This document shows, in pieces, positions 1 to 11,405 of a stretch of DNA of 33,260 nt (the stretch's first letter is position 1; each line of letters starts with the position of its first letter). The stretch is from an uncultured Ruminococcus sp. (GTDB lineage: Bacteria; Bacillota; Clostridia; Oscillospirales; Ruminococcaceae), in the NCBI GenBank assembly GCA_964393305.1, contig CAYMTG010000001.1, forward strand, positions 1 through 33,260. Direction: 5' to 3'. The position numbers and the translations under genes were made by a program. Below the pieces are notes generated by a model, which saw only the letters and a program-made list of their open reading frames with translations, did not search any database and was not told the origin of the DNA.

Positions 1-562
1 TTGATTTTAAGAAAATTCTCAAGCATTGTCTCTCCTTTTTCGGTGAGAATGCTTTCGGGGTGGAATTGCAGTCCGAAGACGGGGTACTTCTCATGCTGTA
101 CCGCCATTATCTCGTTGTCGTCCGTTCTTGCGGCGACGGTGAGGCAAGCGGGGAAGCCGTTCTCCGAAGCCGCGAGAGAGTGGTAACGCGCTACCTCCAG
201 ACCGTCCTCCAGTCCCTCGAATATGGGGCAGTTCCCGTAAAATTTCACGCGGGATTTCTTGCCGTGCATAAGCTGCTTTGCGTAGGTTATTTCCGCGCCA
301 AAAGTCTCGCAAATGGCTTGATGACCGAGACAAACGCCCAGTATCGGCGCTTTCCCGGCTGCAGCTTTTATCAGATCCTCGCAAATCCCCGCGTCGCGTG
401 GTCTGCCCGGTCCGGGACTTACGATGATATGCGAGGGCGCGAGCTTCAGGATCTCGTCTGTGGAAAGCTCGTCGTTGCGTATCACCTTTATATCGGGATT
501 GATCTTTCCTATCAGCTGGTAAAGATTGTAAGAAAAGCTGTCGTAATTATCTATCAGAACGA

Positions 563-566
<4 letters not shown>
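1..566 (-). CDS. trpG: Anthranilate synthase component II (glutamine amidotransferase), 3' end cut off by the window edge
   Basis: Absent from the ORF track because no stop lies inside the window. Manual translation from ATG at 566 gives MIVLIDNYDSFSYNLYQ...SPGPGRP...LGVCLGHQAI...ARYHSL...GLQFHPES, i.e. class I GATase motifs with the Cys/His/Glu triad. The start overlaps the trpE stop (ATGA at 563-566). Confidence 0.95.
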
Positions 567-2050
<1,484 letters not shown>

Positions 2051-2068
2051 AATTTCACTCCTTTGCAT

Positions 2069-2119
2069 AAAAAAACCGCCCCATTGACAGAATTACCATC
2101 ATTCTGTCTTTAAGGACGG
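2069..2119 (-). terminator. Intrinsic terminator of the T-box leader
   Basis: Minus-strand stem CCGUCCUUAAAGACAGAAU...AUUCUGUCAAUGGGGCGG followed by UUUUUUUU. Confidence 0.88.
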
Positions 2120-2375
2120 AGAAAAATCACCGCGTTGCCACCTTAATTCACGAGAAACTCGCGCACTCATCGGGTACCATCATACCCTTGCAATTAACGC
2201 ATGCTAACGTTGCGGAATACTCGGAACGGGAAACCGCGCCGCACGAATGCCGCGCCCCGAACCTTTCCTCGCACCCTCGGCAGTCCATTTAACGCTCTGC
2301 TTTCTGCGGAATTCTCAGCATCGTCCGCTCTCTGTGAGTGCAATCAAACGTTTTTATCTCTGCTTCATCGGTTTG
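2069..2375 (-). ncRNA. T-box riboswitch, Trp-specific (transcription antitermination leader of the trp operon)
   Basis: On the minus strand: AGAGA and GCUGAGA stem I motifs, specifier UGG (2285-2287), T-box sequence AAUUAAGGUGGCAACGCG (2131-2148), a downstream CCGUCCUU antiterminator partner, and a terminator with a U8 tract. Confidence 0.93.
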
Positions 2376-2398
2376 AAGTGGATATTCAATTTGAGATA

Positions 2399-2427
2399 AT
2401 TATACCACACTGAAATCGATTTGTCAA
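2399..2427 (-). promoter_or_regulatory. Sigma-A promoter of the trp operon
   Basis: Minus strand TTGACA (2427-2422), 17-nt spacer, TATAAT (2404-2399), with extended -10 TG, directly upstream of the T-box. Confidence 0.9.
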
Positions 2428-2667
2428 TACTTTTTTAAAATTTATTCGCGATTTGTAATTCTTGGAAAACAGGGTCAGTGTCCGCTATTTTAGCAAAATA
2501 TTGGAATTTACATATAAAACAGAGAAAAAATGTTATTTTTTTTGTAACAAATACACAAAACTCTTCCGCGAGCGCGTTTTACTTGATATTTCCCTACATT
2601 ATGCGAAATTTTTAATATTCACCAATAAATGGAAATTGAAGAAAGGCATTTTTATTTAAAAAAAGAC

Positions 2668-2696
2668 TTGAAAAATTGAAGGCATTGTGGTAAAAT
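2668..2696 (+). promoter_or_regulatory. Sigma-A promoter of the flagellar (flgB) operon
   Basis: TTGAAA (2668-2673), 17-nt spacer, TAAAAT (2691-2696), with extended TG and an A/T-rich upstream tract, about 80 nt before flgB. Confidence 0.75.
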
Positions 2697-2776
2697 GAAT
2701 ATGGAGGACTATGCTTTAGTGATAGTTGTATCCAAACGCACTCGGCTTTAATGATGGAAAATGAGAGGTAATGGTT

Positions 2777-3142
2777 ATGGCACTTTTCGACACCACCGCT
2801 TTCAGAATACTTGAGCAGGGTCTCGCGGCGAATTGGCAGAAATCGCAGCTGATTTCCTACAATATCTCGAACGAGGACACCCCCAACTACAACTGCCGCT
2901 ATCTTGAGTTCGGCGGCATCCTCAAGGATAAGCTCCGTGCCAACGGCACGATCGAGAAAGAGCTGAATTTGACGCAGACGCTTACCGTCGACCGCTACAC
3001 CGACGATCAGGCGGACGGCAACAACGTCGACCACGATACGCAGATGGCTGAGCTGGCAAAGGTTCAGTATCAGATAGACGCGCTTATCAATCAAATGAAC
3101 GGAAATTTCACGCGCATGAGAAGCGCAATTGTAACATCATAA
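2777..3142 (+). CDS. flgB: Flagellar basal-body rod protein FlgB
   Basis: NISNEDTPNY and DGNNVD motifs, about 120 aa, first gene of the cluster. ATG 2777 is better spaced from GAGAGG than 2771. Confidence 0.9.
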   Translation: MALFDTTAFRILEQGLAANWQKSQLISYNISNEDTPNYNCRYLEFGGILKDKLRANGTIEKELNLTQTLTVDRYTDDQADGNNVDHDTQMAELAKVQYQIDALINQMNGNFTRMRSAIVTS

Positions 3143-3163
3143 TACATAAGGAGGGAATATAAT

Positions 3164-3628
3164 ATGGCTTTTTTGAGCTCGCTCAACATCCCGCTTTCGG
3201 GTATGACCGCGGAGCGATTCAGGTTTGATATAATTTCGCAGAACATCAACGCCGCCGACACCTACGCTACTACCGCTGAGGACGTGTATAAGCGTCAGAT
3301 GGTGGTTTTCGGCGAGGACAGGACGTTCAAGACGGTTTTGGCGGGAAGAATGAGAGAGGGTACGTACATCCCCGGCATTTACAGCTACGTCAAGTACAAC
3401 GGTGTTGAGGTAAAGAGAGTTGTTGAGGACGAGACCCCCGTGGAGCCGGTTTACAGCCCGGACAATCCCTTGGCGGATGAGAACGGCTATGTGTACGAGG
3501 CAAACGTTGACCTTGTCGTTGAACAGACGGACGCTATTGAGGCTGTCAATATGTTTAACGCGAACAAGAGCGTCTACGAGGCAATGCAGTCGATCATTCA
3601 GGCTTCGCTGAATATCGGCAAGAGCTGA
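3164..3628 (+). CDS. flgC: Flagellar basal-body rod protein FlgC
   Basis: SGMTAERFRFDIISQNI N-terminus, YKRQ, VYSPDNPLADENGYV and NVDLV motifs; follows flgB. Confidence 0.92.
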   Translation: MAFLSSLNIPLSGMTAERFRFDIISQNINAADTYATTAEDVYKRQMVVFGEDRTFKTVLAGRMREGTYIPGIYSYVKYNGVEVKRVVEDETPVEPVYSPDNPLADENGYVYEANVDLVVEQTDAIEAVNMFNANKSVYEAMQSIIQASLNIGKS

Positions 3629-3706
3629 TGAGAAAACGGCTGCAGGTATAGCGTGCGGCGGCGCTTTCCCGAAAAATGGACCGCCTGCAAATGAAAGGAT
3701 ATTACA

Positions 3707-4051
3707 ATGGCTATTGATTCCACAATTCTTCTTCCTGTTGCTACATCGAATTACCCGCTGGAGCAGCTCGCACCCATGAAGTCCATGATCTCGATGGACT
3801 CGGATACGGTTCAGGTCACGGATCTCGGACAGGCTACGTTCCTCGACATATTCAAGGGTTTGTACGACAACGTTGTCGAGACAAACGAGCAGGTTGACCG
3901 CGACGCGATCGATTTGATGCTCGGCAATATTGACGACCTCGCTACCGTACAGGCTAACATTGAAAAGGCGAATATAGCGGTCGATCTGCTGGTTGCTGTG
4001 AAGAACGAGGTTATTTCCTCGTACAATTCAATTATAAATATGCAGATTTAA
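3707..4051 (+). CDS. fliE: Flagellar hook-basal body complex protein FliE
   Basis: C-terminal EKANIAVDLLVAVKNEVISSYNSIINMQI matches the FliE pattern; lies between flgC and fliF. Confidence 0.9.
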   Translation: MAIDSTILLPVATSNYPLEQLAPMKSMISMDSDTVQVTDLGQATFLDIFKGLYDNVVETNEQVDRDAIDLMLGNIDDLATVQANIEKANIAVDLLVAVKNEVISSYNSIINMQI

Positions 4052-4119
4052 TCCGAGAGGTACGATCCGCAAATACATAAAGTAAGACGACGCAGGGCGT
4101 TGTTGGAGGCATTTCTTAA

Positions 4120-5775
4120 ATGAAAGAACGATTTACAAAGGTGACCACGGTCATCAAGGATAAATGGACGGGATTATCGACCGCGATGAGGGTAATGCTT
4201 ATCGCTATTCCGGTGGCGATCATCGCGATTATCATCGTGCTGGCTATTCTCCTCAATCATAAGGATGACGCGGTGCTGTTCTCGGGGCTTACCACTCAGG
4301 AGGCAAGCGAGATCGCCGCCGCTATCGCTGATATGGGCGTTGAGGATGTCAAGCTTCGCGGAGACGAGATTATAGTTCCCGAGGATCAGGTGGATAGTCT
4401 GCGTATGCAGCTGGCGGTGCTGGGTTATCCCGAGGATTCCTCCAACTACGACATCTGGAACGACGGGATTGACCTGTGGTCTACCGCAAGCGACAAGCGG
4501 GAAGTTGCGAGACAGCAGCGCGAGGCGAGGATTGCCGCAACTTTAAGACAGCTTGACCCCGTAAGGTCGGCGCAGGTGATACTTGATATCCCCGAAACAA
4601 GTAACTATACGATCACTCCGGAAAATGAAGAGCCCAGCTGCTCAATCACGCTTGAGCTTGTTTCGGGCGAGGAGCTGACAAACGCGGAGGTTCGCGCTAT
4701 TTTCTCATTGGTTTCCAATGCTGTCGAGGGTCTGACCTATGACAATATATCGGTTGTTGATACCGCTACCCGCTCCTACGAGTGGATCTCCAAGGAACAG
4801 GAAGAGGCGGAGGGCACGGACGCTTCCGGTGTTTCTATCGCGAGAAAGCGCTGGGCGTTCCAGAGAGATATGGAAAATGCCCTGATGCAGCAGCTTAAGC
4901 CGTTCCTTGAGAAGATTTACGGTGAAAACGGCTATGCGGTGAACGTTGCGGCGCAGCTTGATTATGATTCCCGCACGATCGAAGATACACAGTATCAGCC
5001 CGTGGACAACGACAACACCGGCGTTCTTCAGCATGATAAGCATATTGAGTCAAACGTCGGCTTGCTTGACGGCGCGGGACTGGTTGGCGTAACCTCGAAC
5101 GCGGATATCTCGCCGGATTATCCCACGCTTGACGACGTCGACGACGGGGAGCAATACTATTATAATTATGACGAGAACGAGTATGATGTTTCCAATACCA
5201 TTACCAAAATAGTAAAAGACGGTTATGATATAGAAAATCTTTCGGTTGCTGTCGCGATCAACACGTCTGAGATGACCGAAGCCGATCGGGAGGCAATTGA
5301 GCGTACCGTGGCCCGTGCGGTGGGTACCGATGACGCGAGCGTATCCGTACTCGCAACCCCGTTTGCTTTGTCTAATGGCAGCGGTTCACTCGGAAACGGC
5401 AGTGTTATTTTCCCGGTAAATTCTCAGGATCCTTTCAGAAATACCTTGCTGTTCTTGGTTATCGCGCTTGGTATCATCCTTGTAGTTCTGCTGATTGTAT
5501 CGCTCTTTATGAGCAAAAACCGCAAGAGAAAGATCAGACGCAGACAGGAGATGGCGCTTGCTGCGGCTCAGGCGGCAGCGGCGGATCAGGGCAGTGTTGC
5601 TTGGAATGACGGCGAAGCGCCTAAGGAGGTTGACTTCAACATAGCGAGTCTTACCGAAGAAGCCGGCAAGGAATCTCGCGAGACTATCCTCAAGCGTGAG
5701 ATCGCGGAATTTGCTCACACTAATCCCGAAATCGTGGCTTCGATCATCAGCAATATGATGAGAGAGGAGCAGTAA
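4120..5775 (+). CDS. fliF: Flagellar M-ring protein FliF
   Basis: Two TM segments (N-terminal and near residues 443-465), LFSGL..EA..I and IIVPEDQVDSLRMQLA ring-building motifs, C-terminal NPEIVASII FliG-binding helix. Confidence 0.92.
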   Translation: MKERFTKVTTVIKDKWTGLSTAMRVMLIAIPVAIIAIIIVLAILLNHKDDAVLFSGLTTQEASEIAAAIADMGVEDVKLRGDEIIVPEDQVDSLRMQLAVLGYPEDSSNYDIWNDGIDLWSTASDKREVARQQREARIAATLRQLDPVRSAQVILDIPETSNYTITPENEEPSCSITLELVSGEELTNAEVRAIFSLVSNAVEGLTYDNISVVDTATRSYEWISKEQEEAEGTDASGVSIARKRWAFQRDMENALMQQLKPFLEKIYGENGYAVNVAAQLDYDSRTIEDTQYQPVDNDNTGVLQHDKHIESNVGLLDGAGLVGVTSNADISPDYPTLDDVDDGEQYYYNYDENEYDVSNTITKIVKDGYDIENLSVAVAINTSEMTEADREAIERTVARAVGTDDASVSVLATPFALSNGSGSLGNGSVIFPVNSQDPFRNTLLFLVIALGIILVVLLIVSLFMSKNRKRKIRRRQEMALAAAQAAAADQGSVAWNDGEAPKEVDFNIASLTEEAGKESRETILKREIAEFAHTNPEIVASIISNMMREEQ

Positions 5776-5823
5776 TTTTTTCATCGGCGGCAGGTTCGCT
5801 GAGTATTGAAAGAGGGTACTTAA

Positions 5824-6849
5824 ATGGCGGGGAAAGATGAAAAGAAAGAAGGCGGTATGACCGCCGCTCAAAAGAGCGCGCTGGTTCTGGCGTCTGTTGG
5901 TGCAGAGAACGCATCAAGCATATATAAGCACTTGTCCGATGAAGAGGTAGAGGCTATATCCGTAGAGCTTGCGAGGATGGAGTATCATCCGATAGACACC
6001 GTTGAGGGGGTGCTCAACGAGTTCTACGAGCTTTGTCTGACGCAGAAGGTCGTTGCGGAGGGCGGTCTTGATTACGCGAGAAACGTCCTGGAGAAAGCGT
6101 TTGGTCATGAAGCGGCGGATATGCTGCTCAACCGTATTACAAAGCAGCTGGAAACCAAGTCGTTTGACTTTGTGCGTAAGGCTGATTATAAAAATCTGCT
6201 GGCTATCGTGCAGAACGAGCACCCGCAGACGATCGCGCTTATTCTCTCGTATGCGAGAATTGATCAGGCATCGGCTATTCTGTCAGAGCTTCCCAAGGAG
6301 AAGCGCGTAGAGGTTGTCGAGCGTATCGCGAATATGGACAGAGCCTCGCCGGAGGTAGTAAAGTCCATCGAGGTTTCGCTTGAAAAGAAGTTCGCAACGC
6401 TGGCAAGATCCGAGTCAATGGAGGTCGGCGGCATCAGCTATGTTGCCGAGATTATGAACAACGTAGACCGTGCGACGGAGAAGTACATATTCGACGAACT
6501 CACGGCGCGTGACCAGAAGCTGGCGGAGCTTATCAAGCAGAAGATGTTTGTATTCGAGGACATTGTCAATCTCGAGTCGAAGGATATTCAGGAGTTTGTC
6601 AAGCAGGTGGATTCCAAGGATCTGGCTGTCGCGATCAAGGGTTCGACGCAGGAGGTTGCGGAGTGCATTTTCTCGAATATTTCCTCCCGCGCAAGGGAGA
6701 ACCTTCAAGCGGATATCGAGTACCTGCACAATGTTCGTATGCGTGACGTTGACGAGGCGCAGCAGCGCATCGTCGGCATTATAAGACGATTGGAGCAGGA
6801 AGGCACAATTACAATATCCCGCGGCGGAAACGACGAGATTATCGCTTAA
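5824..6849 (+). CDS. fliG: Flagellar motor switch protein FliG
   Basis: EHPQTIALILS, GG and MFVFED motifs; 341 aa. Confidence 0.96.
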   Translation: MAGKDEKKEGGMTAAQKSALVLASVGAENASSIYKHLSDEEVEAISVELARMEYHPIDTVEGVLNEFYELCLTQKVVAEGGLDYARNVLEKAFGHEAADMLLNRITKQLETKSFDFVRKADYKNLLAIVQNEHPQTIALILSYARIDQASAILSELPKEKRVEVVERIANMDRASPEVVKSIEVSLEKKFATLARSESMEVGGISYVAEIMNNVDRATEKYIFDELTARDQKLAELIKQKMFVFEDIVNLESKDIQEFVKQVDSKDLAVAIKGSTQEVAECIFSNISSRARENLQADIEYLHNVRMRDVDEAQQRIVGIIRRLEQEGTITISRGGNDEIIA

Positions 6850-6871
6850 CGCCTGAATCGGAGGAGTTTTT

Positions 6872-7861
6872 TTGGGAGTACTTAAATACAATTCCATCCG
6901 CTGGGCAGGCGGCGTGGATATTCAGAATACGCTTGATATTCCGCGCCCGACGGCACCCGAGCAGGTTAATCAGGCTCCCCCCGGCGCTGTGCAGTCCGAG
7001 AATAACGAGGGCGAGGCTGAGGGAGAAAACGCCGAGGCACCCCGGTCGAGATTTACGGCGGAAGAGATACTGGTTCAGCGTGAGACGGAGCTTATACTGA
7101 GGGAGCGCGAGCTGGATCATATGCGGGATGAACTCGCAATGCTGCGGGAGCAGTATGTAGAGCAGGGAAAGGACGTTATTCTCGAGGCGAAGCGCAGGGC
7201 TGAGGGAATTATCCGCAGCGCGGAGCAGCAATCGACCGATATTATCAACGAAGCTCAGCGTCAGCACGACGACGTGCTTATAAAGGCTCGGCAAGAGGGC
7301 TTTGAGCAAGGCAAGAAGGACGGAGTGGCGGCTGTTATGGCGGCCGGGCAGAATGTTCTTGATGAAGCGAGAGATTTCGCGGAGCAGATCAACGTGCAGA
7401 AGGCGGAGTTGTTTGAGCGCTACGAAAAGGAAATTTTTGACACTGTGATGGAAATCGCCAATAAGGTTACCTTGAATTCAATGGCGGTGAAGGACGGCAC
7501 GGCGGCAAAGAAGCTTATCAAGAAGGCGGCGAAGGAGTTTCGCAACTCGCAGATTATTCGGATTACGCTGGATGAGAACGGCGCTTCTACCGAGCTTGCG
7601 GGGGACTATGAGTTCCTCAAGGAGGTAGGCGGCGGTATTGCACACGTTGAGGTGGAACTGCTTGCGGACGCCGACCCGGGAACGGTGATCGTGGATAACG
7701 GTGAAGAGATCACAGACGCGGGAATTCAGACGCAGCTCAAGATGATCCAAGAGCTGGGAAAGGGCAAGTTCCGCGGCGAGACGACGAAGAAAAGGCGTTC
7801 CAAGAAGTCTGAGCCTCCCCCCGAAGGGGACGCAAACGACAGCGCGGAAGATGAGCAATAA
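6872..7861 (+). CDS. fliH: Flagellar assembly protein FliH
   Basis: Coiled coil with AxxxGxxxGxxxG repeats (ARQEGFEQGKKDG), C-terminal GTVIVD..EITDAGIQTQL; between fliG and fliI; TTG start after GGAGGAG. Confidence 0.85.
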   Translation: MGVLKYNSIRWAGGVDIQNTLDIPRPTAPEQVNQAPPGAVQSENNEGEAEGENAEAPRSRFTAEEILVQRETELILRERELDHMRDELAMLREQYVEQGKDVILEAKRRAEGIIRSAEQQSTDIINEAQRQHDDVLIKARQEGFEQGKKDGVAAVMAAGQNVLDEARDFAEQINVQKAELFERYEKEIFDTVMEIANKVTLNSMAVKDGTAAKKLIKKAAKEFRNSQIIRITLDENGASTELAGDYEFLKEVGGGIAHVEVELLADADPGTVIVDNGEEITDAGIQTQLKMIQELGKGKFRGETTKKRRSKKSEPPPEGDANDSAEDEQ

Positions 7862-7884
7862 GTTTATGGGGGCGGGGGAGTCGA

Positions 7885-9207
7885 ATGATTGATCTTGCAG
7901 ATTTTCGCGAGGAAATAAAGGATTGCGACCTCTTCCGCTATATGGGCAAGATAGAGAAGATAGTCGGTATGACTATCGAGGCAAGCGGACCTGCCGCAAA
8001 TATAGGCGACGTGTGCAGGATCTTCTCAAAGGATATGACGTCCTATATACACGCGGAGGTTGTTGGCTTCAACAAGAGCAATATCCTGCTGATGCCATAC
8101 ACAGAAATAGAAGGAATTGGTCCCGGAAGCATTGTGGACAACACGGGCGATAAGCTCAATGTCAAGGTGGGACGCGACCTTACCGGAAGAATAATCGACG
8201 CGCTGGGAAATCCCCTTGACGGAGGTCTTGAGATCAGCTATACGGACGAGGTCTCGATCACGGGTATTCCCGTAAACCCCTTTACAAGACCGCCTATTCA
8301 CGAGAAAATAGAGCTTGGCGTTAAGGCGATCGACGGGATGCTCACGATGGGCAAGGGACAAAGAATGGGCATCTTCGCAGGCTCGGGCGTTGGTAAATCG
8401 ACGCTGATGGGTATGATAGCGAGGAAGGTCAAGGCGGACGTTAACGTTATCGCCCTTGTAGGCGAGCGTGGACGTGAGGTCCGCGAGTTTATCGAGCGCG
8501 ATCTCGGTGAAGAGGGTATGGCACGATCCGTGCTGGTGGTTGCGACCTCCGACCAGCCCGCTATGATGAGAAGCAAATGTCCGCTCACCGCGACAGCTAT
8601 CGCGGAGTACTTTATGAACCAGGGCAAGGATGTCCTGCTGATGATGGACAGTCTGACACGTTACGCGATGGCGCTCCGCGAGGTGGGACTTTCCACCGGT
8701 GAGCCGCCCATAGCTCGCGGCTACACGCCGTCCATTTACAGCGCGATGCCGAAGCTGCTCGAGCGTGCGGGGAACTTCCCGAAAGGCTCGATCACCGGAA
8801 TTTACACGGTTCTGGTGGAGGGCGACGACACGAACGAGCCTATAGCCGATACGGTGCGCGGTATCATTGACGGTCACATTATTCTTTCGAGAAAAATCGC
8901 GGCGCAGAACCACTATCCCGCGATTGACATATTATCGAGCGTTTCCCGTCTGATGTCGGAGATCGCCGACCCGGCGCATAAAGAAGCGGCCGGAAAGCTG
9001 AGAAATCTCCTCTCGCTGTACAACAGCAACTTCGACCTTATCTCGATCGGCGCGTACAAGAACGGCACAAACCCCAAGCTTGACGAGGCGATAAACAAGA
9101 TAGACGCTATCAATAACTTCCTCATCCAGTCTGTTGACGACAGCGTAAGCATGGAGGAAACCATCAAGCGGCTTATTGACGCGGTCGCGGATAAGAAGCC
9201 TGCGTGA
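7885..9207 (+). CDS. fliI: Flagellar export ATPase FliI
   Basis: Walker A AGSGVGKS, GERGREV, MDSLTR, LLERAG and DGHIILSR motifs. Confidence 0.97.
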   Translation: MIDLADFREEIKDCDLFRYMGKIEKIVGMTIEASGPAANIGDVCRIFSKDMTSYIHAEVVGFNKSNILLMPYTEIEGIGPGSIVDNTGDKLNVKVGRDLTGRIIDALGNPLDGGLEISYTDEVSITGIPVNPFTRPPIHEKIELGVKAIDGMLTMGKGQRMGIFAGSGVGKSTLMGMIARKVKADVNVIALVGERGREVREFIERDLGEEGMARSVLVVATSDQPAMMRSKCPLTATAIAEYFMNQGKDVLLMMDSLTRYAMALREVGLSTGEPPIARGYTPSIYSAMPKLLERAGNFPKGSITGIYTVLVEGDDTNEPIADTVRGIIDGHIILSRKIAAQNHYPAIDILSSVSRLMSEIADPAHKEAAGKLRNLLSLYNSNFDLISIGAYKNGTNPKLDEAINKIDAINNFLIQSVDDSVSMEETIKRLIDAVADKKPA

Positions 9208-9263
9208 TTTAGAGTCGGGCAGAGGTGAATGGCGGCGGCTTGATTCTGAAAGGAGATTTGGGA

Positions 9264-9719
9264 TTGAAAAGGTTTGAGTTCAGTCTTCAGAAGCTGCTGG
9301 ATTTCCGCCGGCAGGAGCTTGACAGGCAGAAAAACGCACTCGCGATGCTTCAGGCGGATCTGAAGCGGATTGAAGAAGCGCGGGAGCTGCTTATCGAGAA
9401 GGTTTCCGAGCAAAGCGAACAGTTGGAGCGCATTTTCAGGCTGGGAGCTGCCGCAAATGACATCGCGGTGCGAAAGCGCTACATAGTCACCTTACAGCAG
9501 GAAATTCACGTTAAAGAACAGATGGAAATTCAGAAGAAGCAGGAGATCGAAAAGCAGTTGGGAGTGGTCGTTGAAGCCACAAAGGACGTGCGCACTCTCG
9601 AAAAGCTCGAGGAAAAGCAGCTAGACGAATATAAGGCGGCATCTCAGAAGGAAAACGAGCAGTTTATAGAGGAGTTTGTCAGCGGGAACGCTATTCGTGC
9701 CTCAACACGGCAAACCTGA
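9264..9719 (+). CDS. fliJ: Flagellar export protein FliJ
   Basis: MKRFEFSLQKLLDFR N-terminus and LEKLEEK motif. Start reassigned to TTG 9264 behind AAGGAG. Confidence 0.9.
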   Translation: MKRFEFSLQKLLDFRRQELDRQKNALAMLQADLKRIEEARELLIEKVSEQSEQLERIFRLGAAANDIAVRKRYIVTLQQEIHVKEQMEIQKKQEIEKQLGVVVEATKDVRTLEKLEEKQLDEYKAASQKENEQFIEEFVSGNAIRASTRQT

Positions 9720-9782
9720 CTTTGGTATCTCGGCATAATGCCTTGATATATATTAATATTATAATAAGGAGGAGGTGAAAAA

Positions 9783-11384
9783 ATGGCTATAACACTAAAC
9801 TCAAATGGGGGCTACAGCGCGGATTTTATGATCAGCAGTGCGGCGGCGTCTCAGGTGACAAAGCAGACGGCGACAAGTCAGGACAACAGCTTTGCGAAGC
9901 TGCTTGACAGCCGTTCAAACGGGCAGTCGAAGCCTATCGGTTCGGTAAATTCTTCCGAGTCGGTGAGTACGGCGAGTACGGCGAGTACCTACGAGACACC
10001 TGAGGTGAAGACCGAGCTTGAGCGGGTCTGCGAAGTCCCCGAAAAGGAAGCGTTGGTGATGGAGCCGTCCGAGGAGATGAACATAGTTCGCGAGGACGTG
10101 CAGGTGGTCAGCGAAGTCGCTGCTGCGGTCGGCGACGGCGTGGAGCTTAGCGTTCGCGAACCGGCAATTCCCGAGGACACAATGGATTTGGCGCGTGCCA
10201 TCGTCAGAGGTGACGTCGACATTAACGACGTTCCGCTCGACAGAATTACGTTCGAGCTGCTTAAGGCAATTGTGACGGTGACGAAGCTCGAAAATCCCGA
10301 AGACAATGATGAGGACGAGGACGAAGAGGACAAGGATGTATTTGATCCCGCCTCGCAGTATGTTCTTCAGGAAAACAATGCCGCAATGACATTGCAGGAG
10401 CAGATTATGTCGCTGATTATGCTGGTTCTCGATGAAAACAGCGAAGAGGATGAGCTTATCGCGGGAGTGGAGGGATTTCCCGAGACCCTGACGGTGAAGC
10501 CGGAGGAAACAGCCGGTTCGTTGGCTGAGGACAAGATCAAAGCGTTTGAGTATGCTCCGGTTGATGAGGAAGCCGCAGCCGAGAAGATCGCGGCTGACGT
10601 TCCCGAGGCGGTTCAGACGGAAAGCGGCACTGTGCAGCCGAAGAAAGCCGAAGCGACAGCTCAGGCTCCGGGTGCGGAGAGCGATACCGAGGGTAAGGTA
10701 ACAGTCAGAAAGGTTGTTCAGCCCGAAGAAAAGTCCGATTTCTCGCAGCGGGAAGGCACCGAGCAGAACGCTTCCGAACAGAAGTCGCTTGTTTCAAAGG
10801 AAATAAGCGAAGAGCTGGAGATGCTCCGTAACGCGAAGCTTGGCAAGGCGAAAACAGAAGCCGGTGAAAGCAAGGCGGATAGCGGAAAGACCGATACGGT
10901 ATCCGTTCGCACGGAACATCCGCTGACGGCAGAAGCGCCGATCGTGCTGGCGGGCAGGGACGGCGAGATGATCGCAATTCGTCCGAGCGAGGTTATTTCT
11001 CAGGTGACGAAGATCGTTGAGCAGATGGTTTCCGAAAACCGTGAAGCGACCGAGTACAGCTTGGTATTGAACCCCGAGGAGCTGGGAAGAATTACCGTAA
11101 AGCTTCTTAAGGCGGCGGACGGCGCGGTTTCCGTTACTATCACAGCCGAAAACGCAAGCACACAGCGTATGCTCGAGCAAAACAGCGAGCTTATGCAGAG
11201 CAATCTGCGCGCAAACGGCGTACAGCTTCAGAGCTGGCAGACCGTAAACGAGGCGCATCAGGAGACAATGCAGCGCGAGTACGACGGCAGCAGCAAAAAC
11301 CCATATTACCGCGAGGAAAACGATGATACCGACGACGAGCAGTCGGAGGGCGAGTCGTTCGCGGACATTATTGCGGCAATGTAA
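9783..11384 (+). CDS. fliK: Flagellar hook-length control protein FliK
   Basis: Long acidic low-complexity N-terminal region plus C-terminal T3S4 domain (LVLNPEELGRITVKL...VTITAEN..TQRMLEQN..LQSNL..NG); directly before flgD; strong RBS AGGAGGAGG. Confidence 0.88.
   Translation: MAITLNSNGGYSADFMISSAAASQVTKQTATSQDNSFAKLLDSRSNGQSKPIGSVNSSESVSTASTASTYETPEVKTELERVCEVPEKEALVMEPSEEMNIVREDVQVVSEVAAAVGDGVELSVREPAIPEDTMDLARAIVRGDVDINDVPLDRITFELLKAIVTVTKLENPEDNDEDEDEEDKDVFDPASQYVLQENNAAMTLQEQIMSLIMLVLDENSEEDELIAGVEGFPETLTVKPEETAGSLAEDKIKAFEYAPVDEEAAAEKIAADVPEAVQTESGTVQPKKAEATAQAPGAESDTEGKVTVRKVVQPEEKSDFSQREGTEQNASEQKSLVSKEISEELEMLRNAKLGKAKTEAGESKADSGKTDTVSVRTEHPLTAEAPIVLAGRDGEMIAIRPSEVISQVTKIVEQMVSENREATEYSLVLNPEELGRITVKLLKAADGAVSVTITAENASTQRMLEQNSELMQSNLRANGVQLQSWQTVNEAHQETMQREYDGSSKNPYYREENDDTDDEQSEGESFADIIAAM
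9961..9988 (+). repeat. In-frame 9-bp tandem repeat, three copies, within fliK
   Basis: CGGTGAGTA-CGGCGAGTA-CGGCGAGTA-C, encoding VST-AST-AST. Confidence 0.7.
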
Positions 11385-11405
11385 ATTTAGCAAAGGAGGG
11401 AAATT

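Noticed and set aside
2531-2549. TGTTA-N9-TAACA palindrome as a Rex/Crp-type operator
   Set aside because: The half-site spacing does not match those consensus sites, and such matches arise easily in AT-rich DNA.
2201-2659. Short ORFs 2201-2413 and 2462-2659, also 20026-20217
   Set aside because: They overlap the T-box, promoter DNA or palindromic elements, lack an RBS, and have no protein-like features.
2697-2776. Possible c-di-GMP riboswitch or invertible switch upstream of flgB, as in Clostridioides difficile
   Set aside because: The leader is only about 75 nt, and I found no GEMM-type motif or flanking inverted repeats.
9743-9765. TTGATA...TATAAT upstream of fliK
   Set aside because: The spacer is only 11 nt and the predicted start site would fall inside the RBS.
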